A stretch of 64,000 bases of DNA from Gemmatimonadota bacterium (GTDB lineage Bacteria > Gemmatimonadota > Gemmatimonadetes > Longimicrobiales > Gaopeijiaceae): the NCBI GenBank assembly GCA_039589315.1, contig JBDHHQ010000008.1:32001-96000 (forward strand), given 5' to 3'. Each line of letters begins with the position of its first letter. Within the stretch, counting starts at the first letter, position 1. A program made the translations under genes and the position numbers. Shown here piece after piece: positions 20,293 to 33,220 of this stretch. The notes beneath the pieces are model-generated. The model saw only the letters and a program-made list of their open reading frames with translations. It did not search any database and had not been told where the DNA came from.

Positions 20293-21882
20293 GTGGCAGA
20301 CCCGAGCTCTACAGAACTCCCCGCCCGACCCTTCGGTCGGACCCACATCGGAGCCCCGACCGGGTCGGAGGCAGCGGCGTTCGACCGCGAAGCCATCGAC
20401 CGGGTCGGGGTTCCGCAGTACACCCTGATGGAGAACGCGGGCCGATCCGCGGCCCAGATCGTCCAGCGGCTCCACCCCGATGGCCGGGTGGTGGGCGTGG
20501 TGGGCGCCGGTAACAACGGCGGCGACGCCCTGGTTCTCCTTCGGACGCTCTCGGCCTGGGGAAGGACCGTGCGCGCCCTGATCGTTGCAGATCGAGTGGA
20601 CGAGGGACTCCGGCACGGGTGGGACCTGCCCACGGTCCTGGACACCGATCTGGCAGGCGATGAGGCCTACGACGCGATCCTGGCCGGCGCGGGGGTCGTG
20701 GTGGACGGGATCCTCGGCACCGGCATTCGCGGGGCCCCCCGCGAGCGGCAAGCCCGTGCCATAGAGGCCGTGAACCGCAGCGAGGCACCGGTGTTCGCGC
20801 TCGACATTCCATCGGGGGTCGACGCCGCCACCGGTGCCGCGGCCGGAGCCTCGATTCGCGCACAGGAGACGGTGGCATTCGGCTGGCCGAAGCTGGGGTC
20901 CCTCGTGCCTCCGGGCCGGAGCCAGGCCGGCCGGCTGATCGCGGTGGAGATCGGGTTCCCGCCGGCCGGCCCGCCCTTCGGCGCGGCGGTCATCACGCCC
21001 GGCTGGGCGCACGCACGCCGCCCTCGGCGTGAGAGCGAGACTCACAAGTACGCGGTGGGCACACTGCTGCTGGTCGCCGGCCGGGCGGGAATGGGAGGCG
21101 CGGCGGTGATGGCCGCTCGCGCCGCGCAACGGTCGGGTATCGGGCTGCTGCGTGTGGCTTCCGCCGCCGAGAATCGAGAGATCCTCCAGACCACGGCTCC
21201 CGAGGCCATCTTCGTGGACCTCGCCGACCCGGCGGCAGTTCACGCCGCCCTCGAGAGATCCGCCACCGTCGCCGCCGGCCCCGGGTTGGGAACCGACGAG
21301 GAGGCGGGTAAGACCCTGTCGTTCGTGCTGGCCGAGTCCGGCGGCAAACCGACCGCCCTCGACGCTGACGCGCTGACCCTGGCCGCGGCGGGACGGACAC
21401 CCCGGCTCGAGGATCTTGCGCGGGATCGGCCGCTGGTCCTCACGCCCCATGCCGGCGAGTTCGAGCGCATCACCTCGCACGGCCGCGACGCCATCGCGGC
21501 GGACCGCGTGGGGGTGGCGCGGGCAGCGGCGGCCACGCTCGGGGCCACGGTGCTCCTCAAGGGGCTCCCTTCGGTGGTTGCCGCACCCGCCGGCCAGGTC
21601 CGTGTCGACGTCATGGGCACGTCGGACCTGGCCACCGGGGGCATGGGAGACGTGCTGACAGGCGTGGTGGGGAGCTTCCTGGCTCAGGGCGCTCCGCCGG
21701 CCGAGGCCGCCGCCCTGGGCCTCTACTACAGCGGCCGGGCCGCCGTTCTGGCCGGACGCGGACCGGGTCTGATCCCGGACGACGTTGTGGACCGGCTCTC
21801 CCAAGCCCTGCTGGAAGAAGGCGACGGCGTCACCGACCTGGATCTGCCCTTCGTCGTGTTCGACCAGGACCCGCCGCGGTAG
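20293..21882 (+). CDS. nnr: Bifunctional NAD(P)H-hydrate epimerase/dehydratase (NnrE-NnrD)
   Basis: LMENAG, GNNGGD, DIPSG, GPGLG, LTPHAGE, ATGGMGDVL. Confidence 0.95.
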   Translation: MADPSSTELPARPFGRTHIGAPTGSEAAAFDREAIDRVGVPQYTLMENAGRSAAQIVQRLHPDGRVVGVVGAGNNGGDALVLLRTLSAWGRTVRALIVADRVDEGLRHGWDLPTVLDTDLAGDEAYDAILAGAGVVVDGILGTGIRGAPRERQARAIEAVNRSEAPVFALDIPSGVDAATGAAAGASIRAQETVAFGWPKLGSLVPPGRSQAGRLIAVEIGFPPAGPPFGAAVITPGWAHARRPRRESETHKYAVGTLLLVAGRAGMGGAAVMAARAAQRSGIGLLRVASAAENREILQTTAPEAIFVDLADPAAVHAALERSATVAAGPGLGTDEEAGKTLSFVLAESGGKPTALDADALTLAAAGRTPRLEDLARDRPLVLTPHAGEFERITSHGRDAIAADRVGVARAAAATLGATVLLKGLPSVVAAPAGQVRVDVMGTSDLATGGMGDVLTGVVGSFLAQGAPPAEAAALGLYYSGRAAVLAGRGPGLIPDDVVDRLSQALLEEGDGVTDLDLPFVVFDQDPPR

Positions 21883-21971
21883 CGGGCCCGTCTGTGTCCT
21901 GCCGATGTCGGGTCCTGACGCCCTCGATACGGAGGCGAAGCGGTCGGGCGCGGGGCGACCGTCCACGGTGT

Positions 21972-23555
21972 GTGGTGCGGACGCCAGCCCGCGCCGCTCT
22001 GCTACTCCTACCCTTCATGGCCGGACCGCTGACGGCCCAGGAGGGCCGAGCCTGGCGACCGGAGGACCGGACGGTGCTGACGTCGTTCCACCTGGTCAGC
22101 GGAATGGCCCGGGACGACCGCCAGCTCTACGCCGCTTCCGAGGGCGGACTACAGATCCTCGACCTTCTGTCGGGGCGATGGGAGCAGCCGTCCACGATGG
22201 AGGACGGGTATCCCGTGGAGGAGGGCCCCGCGGCGTTGGCGTACGATCCCTTCGAACGCGTCGTGTGGCTCGGCACCGCCGCCGGAGGCCTCCACACCTA
22301 CCAGGTCGATTTCGGCCGATGGCGGCTGGAGGCGTCGCCCGGCCTGGGCCCCATCGTGGCCATCTTCCCCCTCGCGGGGGAGCGTGGCGACGGGGTATTG
22401 GCTCGCACGCCGACCGGCTGGTATGTCGTGGAGCGCTTCTCGGGCGCGGTGCAACCCCTGCCCCCTGGCCAGCTACCCGCCCAGGCCGCCGCCCTGGAGG
22501 TGCCGGCACACGAGCGTCTCCGCCGCCTGGAACCGGCTTACGCCGCCAGCGGGGCGACCCTGACGGCGGACCGGGGCGGCCGCACGTGGCCGGTCACCTC
22601 GTTCGTCGCCGCGGACCGCCCGGGCGTCTACTGGTTGGGTACGGCCGGGAATAACCTCTACCGATTCGATGTGCGTTTCCTCGAGGCCGAACCCCGTCCG
22701 TTCGGGCTGCTGACCCCGGGATCGGGAGCGTTGGCCCTCGGCGGCGGGTGGCTCTGGATGGGGGGCGACGGCAGAGGTCCCCGTCGGGGGCCCGTGCGGG
22801 CCAGCCAGGATCTCCAGCAGTGGCACCAGTACGAGGCCGGCATTGTCGCCGCCCCCTCGGAGCTGGTCGAGGACATCGCCGTAACGGAGGATGCCGTGTG
22901 GTTTGGCGGTCGGGGTGGGCTGTATCGCCTGGACCGGCCCTCGGACCGGTGGTCGCAGGTGGGCGGCATCGGCGGGCGCCTGCCCGTGCGGCGGCTGGCC
23001 CTCGCCGACGGCGGACTCTGGGTGGCCACGGACCGCGGCCTCACGCGGGTCTCGGCCGACGGCACCGTGGGAGACACCTTCTTCGAAGGGCGGGCGGTGC
23101 ACGCGGCAGTCGCGGCCAACGGTGGGATCTGGGTCGGCGGCGCCGGTAGCCTGGTCCACATGCTGGAGGATGGCCGGGTCGCGGCACCGGTGCCCGGCGC
23201 GCCACCCGCTCCACCCGGTCCCGTCGTGGATCTGGTCTCGGACCGAGGGGACACCTGGGCGGCAACGCCGGATGCGCTATGGCGCTTCGACGGGCGGGGT
23301 TGGGAGGGCCCCCTGCGGGAGGTGCCCACAAACGTGGGTCGACTCCGCCGGCTGAGGCTCACGGGAGATGCCCTCTGGGTGACCGGGGACGCCGGGGCCG
23401 CTCGGCGGGTGCGTGACGAGAGCGGTTGGCGCTACCTGCTGGTCGGCCGAGACCTGCCGGCCGGTCCGGCGCTGGACGTGCTGGTGACCGAGGACCGCGT
23501 ATACGTCTCGACACCTGCGGGGGTCGTGCGCCTTCAGCGGCGGCGGGGGTACTGA
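21972..23555 (+). CDS. Secreted beta-propeller-like hypothetical protein
   Basis: Signal-peptide-like AALLLLPFMAGPLTAQ; repeated xWxGTxxGL blade motifs. Confidence 0.7.
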   Translation: MVRTPARAALLLLPFMAGPLTAQEGRAWRPEDRTVLTSFHLVSGMARDDRQLYAASEGGLQILDLLSGRWEQPSTMEDGYPVEEGPAALAYDPFERVVWLGTAAGGLHTYQVDFGRWRLEASPGLGPIVAIFPLAGERGDGVLARTPTGWYVVERFSGAVQPLPPGQLPAQAAALEVPAHERLRRLEPAYAASGATLTADRGGRTWPVTSFVAADRPGVYWLGTAGNNLYRFDVRFLEAEPRPFGLLTPGSGALALGGGWLWMGGDGRGPRRGPVRASQDLQQWHQYEAGIVAAPSELVEDIAVTEDAVWFGGRGGLYRLDRPSDRWSQVGGIGGRLPVRRLALADGGLWVATDRGLTRVSADGTVGDTFFEGRAVHAAVAANGGIWVGGAGSLVHMLEDGRVAAPVPGAPPAPPGPVVDLVSDRGDTWAATPDALWRFDGRGWEGPLREVPTNVGRLRRLRLTGDALWVTGDAGAARRVRDESGWRYLLVGRDLPAGPALDVLVTEDRVYVSTPAGVVRLQRRRGY

Positions 23556-23557
23556 CC

Positions 23558-24567
23558 GTGCAGACCGGAGCCGCCGGTAGCGGTCTCGGGCCCGGGGTCG
23601 AATTCGACCGGATTCGGTCGCTCCTGGAGCAGGCACGCGTGTCTCTGCCTTCCCATGTCCGGGTGGGACCCGGCGACGACGCCGCCGTGGTGGAGGGGAC
23701 CTCTCTTGTCGTCAGCACCGACCTTTCCGTCGAGGACGTGCACTTTCGCCGGGACTGGGTCACGCCGGAAGAGATCGGCTTCCGGGCAGTCTCCGCCGCT
23801 CTCAGCGACCTCGCCGCCATGGCGGCGTCCCCCCTGGGCGTGTTGGTTTCGGTAGCACTGCCGGCAAGCGAGGGGACCCGGACATGGGACGAGCTCGGGG
23901 CCGGCGTTGCGTCCGCGTGCGAGCGGGCCCACGCGCCACTTGTGGGCGGCGACCTGTCCGCCTCGCCGGGCCCGCTGGTGCTCGACGTCACCGTGTTGGG
24001 ACAGGCCGCCTCGCCGGTGCTGCGGTCGGGCGCGGTACCCGGTGACGAGATCTGGGTCACCGGCGCGCTGGGCGGCTCCGGAGGAGCCGTGCGCCTCTGG
24101 GAGGAGGGGCTGCAGCCGCCCGAGGAGCTCCGGCAGTCGTATGCCCACCCGACGCCCCGGATCGCGGAAGCCAGGTGGTTGGCACGCCAGGGGGATCTTC
24201 ACGCCCTCATCGACCTGTCGGACGGACTCCAGGGCGACGCGGCCCACCTGGCGGCGGCGTCCGACGTAGAGGTCACGCTGGACCTCTTCCGACTGCCGGT
24301 CCACCCGCGCCTGCGGGGGCTCTTCGGCGAGCGCGTAGCGACCGAGTTGGCCCTCACCGGGGGCGAGGACTACGAGCTGTGCTTCGCGGCTCCTCCCGGG
24401 TCGGTCGAGGGACATGCCGCAGCCTTCCCGGGCGAGTTCGGCGTGGATCTGACCCGCGTGGGCACCGTTGGGGCGGGATCGGGGGTATACCTTCGCGCCC
24501 GTCCCGGTGAGGCGGGCCGGCGCACCGACACCGGTGCCTTCGATCATTTCGCGGGGGACGCGAGCGA

Positions 24568-24571
<4 letters not shown>
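23558..24571 (+). CDS. thiL: Thiamine-monophosphate kinase
   Basis: GPGDDAA, SDLAAM, GGDL, IDLSDGL, GGEDYEL. Confidence 0.96.
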
Positions 24572-26976
<2,405 letters not shown>

Positions 26977-27100
26977 GCGAGAGGGCCTCTGGCGCGCCCC
27001 AGGCGGGTCCAGCACACGGGCCGCCTCCCTCGAGGGGAGGCGGCCCGTTCTTCGGGGTGGCGTGGGCTGGTTGGCAGAGGGTGCGGCGTCGCCCTCCGGC

Positions 27101-28045
27101 TCAGCTGCCTTCCGCCGGCTCCGGATCTCCATCGGCCGCCGGAGTCTCAGCCGGGTCCCCGCTCTCGCCAACGCCGAGAAGCTGCCGGGCGGACTGGGCC
27201 AGGAGTTGCACCTCATCGTCGCTGAGCTGGGCCACCTCGTCCGGAGACGGCAGCGCGGCCGGGGTGTCGGGAATCCCTCCGCCCTGGACGCCCGTCGCCT
27301 TCTCGATGATCGGCTTGAACAGATCGATCGGGATCGGGAACAGCGTGGTGGAGTTGTTCTCGGCCGCGATCTCCACCACAGTCTGAAGGTAGCGGAGCTG
27401 CAGGGCGACGGGATGAGCCGAGATTACCTTGGCGGCCTCGGCGAGCTGTCGTGACGCCTGGAACTCGCCTTTGGCGGCAATGACCTTTCCCCGGCGCTCT
27501 CGCTCCGCCTCGGCCTGCTTGGCCATGGCCCGCTTCATTTCCTGAGGCAGGTCGATGTCCTTGATCTCCACCGCCGTCACTTCGATGCCCCAGGGATCCG
27601 TGCCCTGGTCGATGATCGTTCTCACGACCTCGTTGATCCGCTCCCGCTCAGCCAGGAGCTCGTCGAGCTCGGATTGGCCGATGACGCTGCGGAGCGTCGT
27701 CTGGGCCAATTGGCTGGTGGCGAAGTAGTAGTCCTCCACTTCGACGACCGCCTTCGCGGGATCGGCGACGCGGAAGTACACCACGGCGTTGACCGTGACG
27801 CTCACGTTGTCCTTTGTGATCGTGTCCTGCGGGTGGATGTCCAGGGCCACGACCCTGAGGTCCATCTTCCGCATCCGTTCGACGCCGAAGGGCACCAGGA
27901 AGATCAGGCCGGGCCCCTTCGCCCGGGTAAGCTTGCCCAGCCGGAAGATGACGCCACGCTCGTATTCGAAGAGAATGCGCAGGCTGGTGAGGAGCGCCGC
28001 GCCTCCGAAGATGGCCGCGGGGATGAGAATCGTGCCCAGGTCCAT
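27101..28045 (-). CDS. SPFH/stomatin-like (slipin) protein
   Basis: [53 protein letters not shown]. Confidence 0.94.
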   Translation of the reverse strand: MDLGTILIPAAIFGGAALLTSLRILFEYERGVIFRLGKLTRAKGPGLIFLVPFGVERMRKMDLRVVALDIHPQDTITKDNVSVTVNAVVYFRVADPAKAVVEVEDYYFATSQLAQTTLRSVIGQSELDELLAERERINEVVRTIIDQGTDPWGIEVTAVEIKDIDLPQEMKRAMAKQAEAERERRGKVIAAKGEFQASRQLAEAAKVISAHPVALQLRYLQTVVEIAAENNSTTLFPIPIDLFKPIIEKATGVQGGGIPDTPAALPSPDEVAQLSDDEVQLLAQSARQLLGVGESGDPAETPAADGDPEPAEGS

Positions 28046-28178
28046 CGTGATCTCCCTGATTGGGGTGTCCGTCGGGTGTCTGATCCGCGAGGAGAGCATG
28101 ACCCATAACGAAAGCTCACACCCGCCCCATCGTCTTGACAACCCAACCTGCTAGAACGAGCTTTTTCCCCACTTCTTC

Positions 28179-28252
28179 GCCGGAGTAGCTCAGTCGGTTA
28201 GAGCAGCGGAATCATAATCCGCGTGTCGGGGGTTCGAGTCCCTCCTCCGGCA
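28179..28252 (+). tRNA. tRNA-Met (CAT), elongator type; CCA not encoded
   Basis: Acceptor stem GCCGGAG/CTCCGGC, D arm GCTC/GAGC, anticodon arm GCGGA-ATCATAA-TCCGC, T loop GGTTCGAGTCC. Confidence 0.95.
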
Positions 28253-28257
28253 TCGGG
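28241..28257 (+). repeat. 17-bp direct repeat, copy 1 (tRNA 3' end)
   Basis: CCTCCTCCGGCATCGGG, identical to 54144-54160. Confidence 0.75.
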
Positions 28258-28587
28258 GCCGACGCCAGGACCCTCAGGACCGGGACGGCAGCCCCATCCA
28301 GGCTGGACCCTCGCGATCGGTCCCATCTCGACGCTCGTCTGGGGCCGTCCGCCGAGGTCGGGGCCTGGCACGAACCTTCCAACAACAGCGTTCGGCCTCC
28401 GCGACCGAGGCCGGAATCGCTGCGCGACGAAGGCAGGTCCCTCCCTTGGCACGACGCGGTGTCGCGGGGGAGCGACGTTCGTGCTGCGCTCACGCAACGT
28501 AGTCGAGGCGCTGTCGACACTCGAACGCTACGTCCTGGGTCGCGCCGGGGTCGTGCCCCCTGCGTTCGAAGTCAGCAAAAGGAGCTC

Positions 28588-31326
28588 ATGGCACATACCC
28601 CGAACCCTCCCAGGCCGGAGCTCCTGGAGGCGACTGTTCCCGGGGCTCCGGCGCCCCCCGCCGTACCCTCCGTCAGCACCTCCAGACCCTGGGTCCCCCC
28701 GTCCGCGGCCCTACCGCACGGCGGTGGGATCGGCGTCGAGGCCAGCCAGCAGCGAGACTACGTCCGGCTCACGGGAGCGCGGCCGGCAGTCACGGGCCGC
28801 TTCTTCCACACGAATGGCAGGAAGACCTACCTGACCGGCGTGACCTATGGGACCTTCCGACCCCGAGGGGACGGAACGGACTATCCCGAGCCCGACGTCG
28901 TCGACCGGGACTTCCAGGTGATGCGGGCCGCCGGCTTGACCTCGGTCAGGACCTATACGCCGCCGCCGGGCTGGTTGCTGGACCTCGCCGCCGAGAACGG
29001 GCTCCTCGTCATGGTGGGGCTCCCGTGGACCCAGCACGTGACGTTCCTCGACGACCGCCGGGTGGTACGGCAGATCCGCAAGCAGGTGCGTGACGGAGCC
29101 CGACGCATCGCCGGCCATCCGGCGCTGCTCGGGTTCGCGGTGGGGAACGAGATTCCGGCCCCGATCGTCCGCTGGCATGGGCGGGGGAAGGTGGAGCGGT
29201 TCATTTCCCACCTCCACGACATCGCCAAGTCCGAAGATCCCGACGCGCTGGTCACGTACGTCAACTATCCGACCACCGAGTACCTGGAGCTCCCGTTTCT
29301 CGACTTCGTCTCCTTCAACGTCTACCTCGAGACGCGCGGCCGCCTCGAGGCCTACCTGGCGCGCCTGCACAACCTCGCAGGCGAGCGCCCTTTGGTGATG
29401 GCTGAGATCGGTCTGGACAGCCTGCGCAACGGTCGGGAGCGACAAGCGGAGGCCCTGCGCTGGCAGCTGGAAGCGGTGCTGGGGTCCGGATGCGCCGGCG
29501 CGTATGTCTTCGCCTGGACGGACGAATGGCATCGCGGCGGGCTCGACATTCACGACTGGGACTTCGGACTCACGGCTCGGGATCGCACGCCCAAGCCGGC
29601 CCTGACCGCCGTGGCGGAGGCCTTCGCCCGAGCGCCTATCGACACGCGGGAGCGCCTACCGCGGATCTCGGTCGTCGTCTGCACCCATAACGGGAGCCGG
29701 ACGATCAGGCAGGCCCTACGGCACCTCGCCGCGCTGGACTACCCGGACTTCGAAGTGATCGTGGTGGACGACGGCTCGACGGACGGGACTCTCGAGATCG
29801 TCCGGGAGTTCGACGTACGGGTCGTGTCTACGGAGAATCGGGGGCTCAGCAGCGCCCGCAATACAGGGGCGGAGGTGGCCACGGGCGAGATCGTGGCCTA
29901 CATCGACGATGACGCCTATCCCGAGGCTCACTGGCTGCACTATCTGGGCAAGGCCTTTCGGGAATCGGACTACGCGGCAGTCGGAGGGCCCAACGTCCTG
30001 CCCCCGGGGTCTCCCATGGTGGCGGAGTGTGTGAAGCACGCTCCCGGGGGGCCCACGCACGTTCTGCTCACAGACCAGGTGGCGGAGCATCTGCCCGGCT
30101 GCAATCTGGCCGTGCGGCGGGACCGCTTGGCCGAGGTGGGTGGCTTCGACCCTCAGTTCCGGGCCGCCGGCGACGACGTGGACCTGTGCTGGCGTCTGCA
30201 GCAGAATGGGTGGGAGCTGGGCTTTCACGCTGGAGCCGTCGTGTATCACCACTCGCGGGCTTCGGTGCGGGACTACTGGCGGCAGCAGCGGGGCTACGGG
30301 AAGGCAGAGGCGCTCCTGGAGCGCAAGTGGCCCGAGAAGTACAACGCGGCCGGCCACCTGTCCTGGGGCGGGCGCCTCTATGGACCGGGGTTCTACCACC
30401 ACCTGGGGTGGAGTCCACCCCGTGTCTACTACGGGACCTGGGGCAACGCACCCTTCCAGAGGCTCTACCATCCCAGCTCGAACTTCATGCTTTCGGTGGT
30501 GATGGTACCGGAGTGGCATCTGGCCACGACCACCTTGGCGCTGCTCTCTCTGTTGGGCTTCCTCTGGGCGCCGCTTCTCTGGGCCATACCGGCTTTGCTG
30601 GTCGCCCTGCTGCTGCCCCTCGCGCAAGCCCTTCGCGCCACGGTCCGATCGGGCAGGGACCGCGCGCCCAACGGGGCGTGGAGTCAACTCCGCTTCTTCG
30701 GCACGACGGCGTTTCTCCATCTGACGCAGCCGTTCGTTCGGCTGTGGGGACGCTTCCATGAGGGGTTGACCCCATGGCGACGCCGAGGGCACGGCCGCGC
30801 CTCGTTCCCTCGACCACGGACCGTATCCCTCTGGAGCGAGGCGTGGCGGTCGCCGGAGGAGTGGCTGCGGCGGGCGGAGGCACGGCTGCGAGCCGTCGGG
30901 CTCGTGCCTCGGCGCGGGGACTGGCACGACCGCTGGGACCTCGAGGTCGGCGCGGGCCTGTGGGGCGGCGCCAGGACCGTCATGACCGTGGAGGAGCACG
31001 GTGCCGGGCGGCAGTTCGTGCGCTTCCGCCTCTGGCCAGTCGTCAGGTCCAGAGTGATCTGGGCGACTGCGCTCGGGTTGTTGGCGCTCGGCGTGCTAGC
31101 GTCGCTGGACGCTGCGCTGGGGGCTTCCCTCGGACTGCTCGTGCTCGCCCTGACCGTCGCCTCCTGGATCCTCCGGAGCTGCGCGTCCGTGAGCGGTTCG
31201 ATGCTCCAGGCCTTGCAGTCCCTGGCTCCTGATCTCGAGACCGAACCGCAGCAGGGGTCAGCGATGAGCGACTCCCTGTCCCCGGTCGGACGGGCCATGG
31301 GATCGTCGGAGGCCCAGGGGGTCTGA
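28588..31326 (+). CDS. Clan GH-A TIM-barrel glycoside hydrolase fused to GT2 glycosyltransferase with C-terminal TM helices
   Basis: GH motifs FAVGNE and PLVMAEIG; GT2 motifs VVDDGSTD, YIDDD, GDDVD, QQRGYG; hydrophobic C-terminus; RBS AAGGAG. Confidence 0.88.
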   Translation: MAHTPNPPRPELLEATVPGAPAPPAVPSVSTSRPWVPPSAALPHGGGIGVEASQQRDYVRLTGARPAVTGRFFHTNGRKTYLTGVTYGTFRPRGDGTDYPEPDVVDRDFQVMRAAGLTSVRTYTPPPGWLLDLAAENGLLVMVGLPWTQHVTFLDDRRVVRQIRKQVRDGARRIAGHPALLGFAVGNEIPAPIVRWHGRGKVERFISHLHDIAKSEDPDALVTYVNYPTTEYLELPFLDFVSFNVYLETRGRLEAYLARLHNLAGERPLVMAEIGLDSLRNGRERQAEALRWQLEAVLGSGCAGAYVFAWTDEWHRGGLDIHDWDFGLTARDRTPKPALTAVAEAFARAPIDTRERLPRISVVVCTHNGSRTIRQALRHLAALDYPDFEVIVVDDGSTDGTLEIVREFDVRVVSTENRGLSSARNTGAEVATGEIVAYIDDDAYPEAHWLHYLGKAFRESDYAAVGGPNVLPPGSPMVAECVKHAPGGPTHVLLTDQVAEHLPGCNLAVRRDRLAEVGGFDPQFRAAGDDVDLCWRLQQNGWELGFHAGAVVYHHSRASVRDYWRQQRGYGKAEALLERKWPEKYNAAGHLSWGGRLYGPGFYHHLGWSPPRVYYGTWGNAPFQRLYHPSSNFMLSVVMVPEWHLATTTLALLSLLGFLWAPLLWAIPALLVALLLPLAQALRATVRSGRDRAPNGAWSQLRFFGTTAFLHLTQPFVRLWGRFHEGLTPWRRRGHGRASFPRPRTVSLWSEAWRSPEEWLRRAEARLRAVGLVPRRGDWHDRWDLEVGAGLWGGARTVMTVEEHGAGRQFVRFRLWPVVRSRVIWATALGLLALGVLASLDAALGASLGLLVLALTVASWILRSCASVSGSMLQALQSLAPDLETEPQQGSAMSDSLSPVGRAMGSSEAQGV

Positions 31327-31690
31327 GGCTCGTGGGCCACGGAGCCAACCGCCCGGCGGGGCGCCGGTCCAGGGGCTCCGTGGCGGCGCAGCGGGCGATG
31401 TCCCCGGTCTGGGGCCGGTTGCAGGTACACCCTCACGACGCGTTCCAACCGGACGGCCGACGGTCGGTGGAAGCGGCCCTGGAGGACGACTATGTTGGGG
31501 CGTTCTCCTCGGTCCCACACCGATTCGATTCTCCTGTGCCTGATGATATCGGGCGTACGGGGGCGCCGCACCGAATGCACAGTCCCTTCCGGGAGCGCCG
31601 TCCCGGCACACTCCCGTATGGCTCGAAGCGGGCATGGACCGGGGGTAGGCGTCGCTTGGAGGACGTCGCGCGTGGGGAGGTGCCGGGCGA

Positions 31691-32995
31691 ATGAGCCTGG
31701 ATCGGCTGACCGCATGGCGAGTGGTGGCGCTCGGGGGGTCTCTCGTGGCCGCCCTGGCGGTCACCACGCGTCCAGCCCCGGCTCAGGAAGCGGCGGGGGC
31801 CGCCGCCGTCCGCGTCTTCCTGGACTGCCAGACCCGCGGCTGCGACTTCGACCACTTCCGCCGTGAGATCCGTTTCGTCAACTGGGTCATCGATCGCGCG
31901 GACGGTGACGTTCACGTCCTGATCACCTCCCAGGCATCGGGGGCGGGGCGCGCTTTCACGTTGGCGTTCATCGGCCTTGGAAGGTTCGAGGGAGATGACG
32001 CCGAGCTCATCTTCAACGCGTCCGACACGGACACGTCGGACGAGCAGCGGGGGGGGCTTACCCGGGCCATCGAGCTCGGACTGGTGCGTTACGCCAGTCA
32101 GACGCCACTGGCCGACCGTCTTTCCGTCACGTTTCAGCCCGTCGACTCCGGCGCGGTGCGGCTCACCGCCGGCGAGACGCAGATCTACGACCCGTGGGAC
32201 TACTGGGTCTTCCGCATCAGCGCCGGAGGTGAGTACAACGGCGAATCCCAGCAGCGCGGGACGAGCCTGTTCGGGTCTGTCTCGATAAACCGGACCACCG
32301 AGGCCCTCAAGATCCGTCTGAACGCTTCGATCTTCTACCGGGAGGACCAGTTCGATTTCGAGGACGAGACGTTCACCAGCATCGCCCGCTCCAACAGCGC
32401 CAGCGCGTACGCCGCACACAGCATCGGGGCGCAGTTCGCCACCGGGTTGCGGTGGGATATCTGGTCGTCGACGTTCTCCAACATCGACGTGGCCAACCGC
32501 CTGGCCTGGGCGTTCGAGTACAACGTGTTCCCATACTCGGCGTCGACCCGTCGCGAGCTCACCTTCCTCTATACCGTCGGCGTAAACGACTTCGGGTACC
32601 TGGAGACCACGATCTACGACAAGCTCGAAGAGCAGGTCGCAGATCACGCGCTGATCGTGTCGTTGGACCTGAAGCAGCCGTGGGGCGATGCGAGGTTCGA
32701 GCTCACGGGGCGACAGTACCTCCACGACGCGTCTCTCTACAGGATCTCGGGCGCCACCGGTGTGGAGGTGCGGCTCTTTCGTGGGCTCTCGTTGGACGTC
32801 TCGGGTTGGTACGCGGCCGTCAGGGACCAACTCTCGCTGCGGGCTGGGGACGCATCGCCCGAAGAGATCCTGCTCTTCAGGCGAGAGCTGGCCACCGACT
32901 TCCGCGTGGGCACGTCGCTCGGCCTGACGTATCGTTTCGGCTCCATCTTCAACAACGTCGTGAACCCCAGGCTGAACGAATTCCGGCGGCCCTGA
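31691..32995 (+). CDS. Exported protein, probable outer-membrane beta-barrel
   Basis: Signal peptide ending APA/QE; amphipathic aromatic-rich strands; C-terminus LGLTYRFGSIFNNVVNPR. Confidence 0.65.
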   Translation: MSLDRLTAWRVVALGGSLVAALAVTTRPAPAQEAAGAAAVRVFLDCQTRGCDFDHFRREIRFVNWVIDRADGDVHVLITSQASGAGRAFTLAFIGLGRFEGDDAELIFNASDTDTSDEQRGGLTRAIELGLVRYASQTPLADRLSVTFQPVDSGAVRLTAGETQIYDPWDYWVFRISAGGEYNGESQQRGTSLFGSVSINRTTEALKIRLNASIFYREDQFDFEDETFTSIARSNSASAYAAHSIGAQFATGLRWDIWSSTFSNIDVANRLAWAFEYNVFPYSASTRRELTFLYTVGVNDFGYLETTIYDKLEEQVADHALIVSLDLKQPWGDARFELTGRQYLHDASLYRISGATGVEVRLFRGLSLDVSGWYAAVRDQLSLRAGDASPEEILLFRRELATDFRVGTSLGLTYRFGSIFNNVVNPRLNEFRRP

Positions 32996-33220
32996 CGGGA
33001 CCTCCCGATCATGGTCCGTCTCTTGCTTCGTTCGTGGGTCGGCCGGCGGTACGGGTCCCGGGGCGGGGGACGGGAATGTCTCCTCCCGGGCAGGAGGATC
33101 GCGAGACCGGCTCCACTGGAGTGTAGTCCGCTGCTCCCGGAGGCAACGCAGGAGAATGAAGGCTCCCGGATGGGGCCCGTTGGGCCGGGGCAGGGCCGGT
33201 CCCTAGTCGGAGGCGCAGCC

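Noticed and set aside
28135..28163. TTGACA upstream of the tRNA as a full promoter call
   Set aside because: No convincing -10 hexamer at 16-18 nt spacing.
28366..28381. Sigma54-like TGGCACG-AACC-TTCCA upstream of the GH-GT2 gene
   Set aside because: The near-invariant -12 GC is replaced by CC.
31336..31384. 11-bp inverted repeat GCCACGGAGCC/GGCTCCGTGGC after the GH-GT2 gene
   Set aside because: Long loop, no U-tract and no other copies noticed; cannot be called a terminator or ncRNA.
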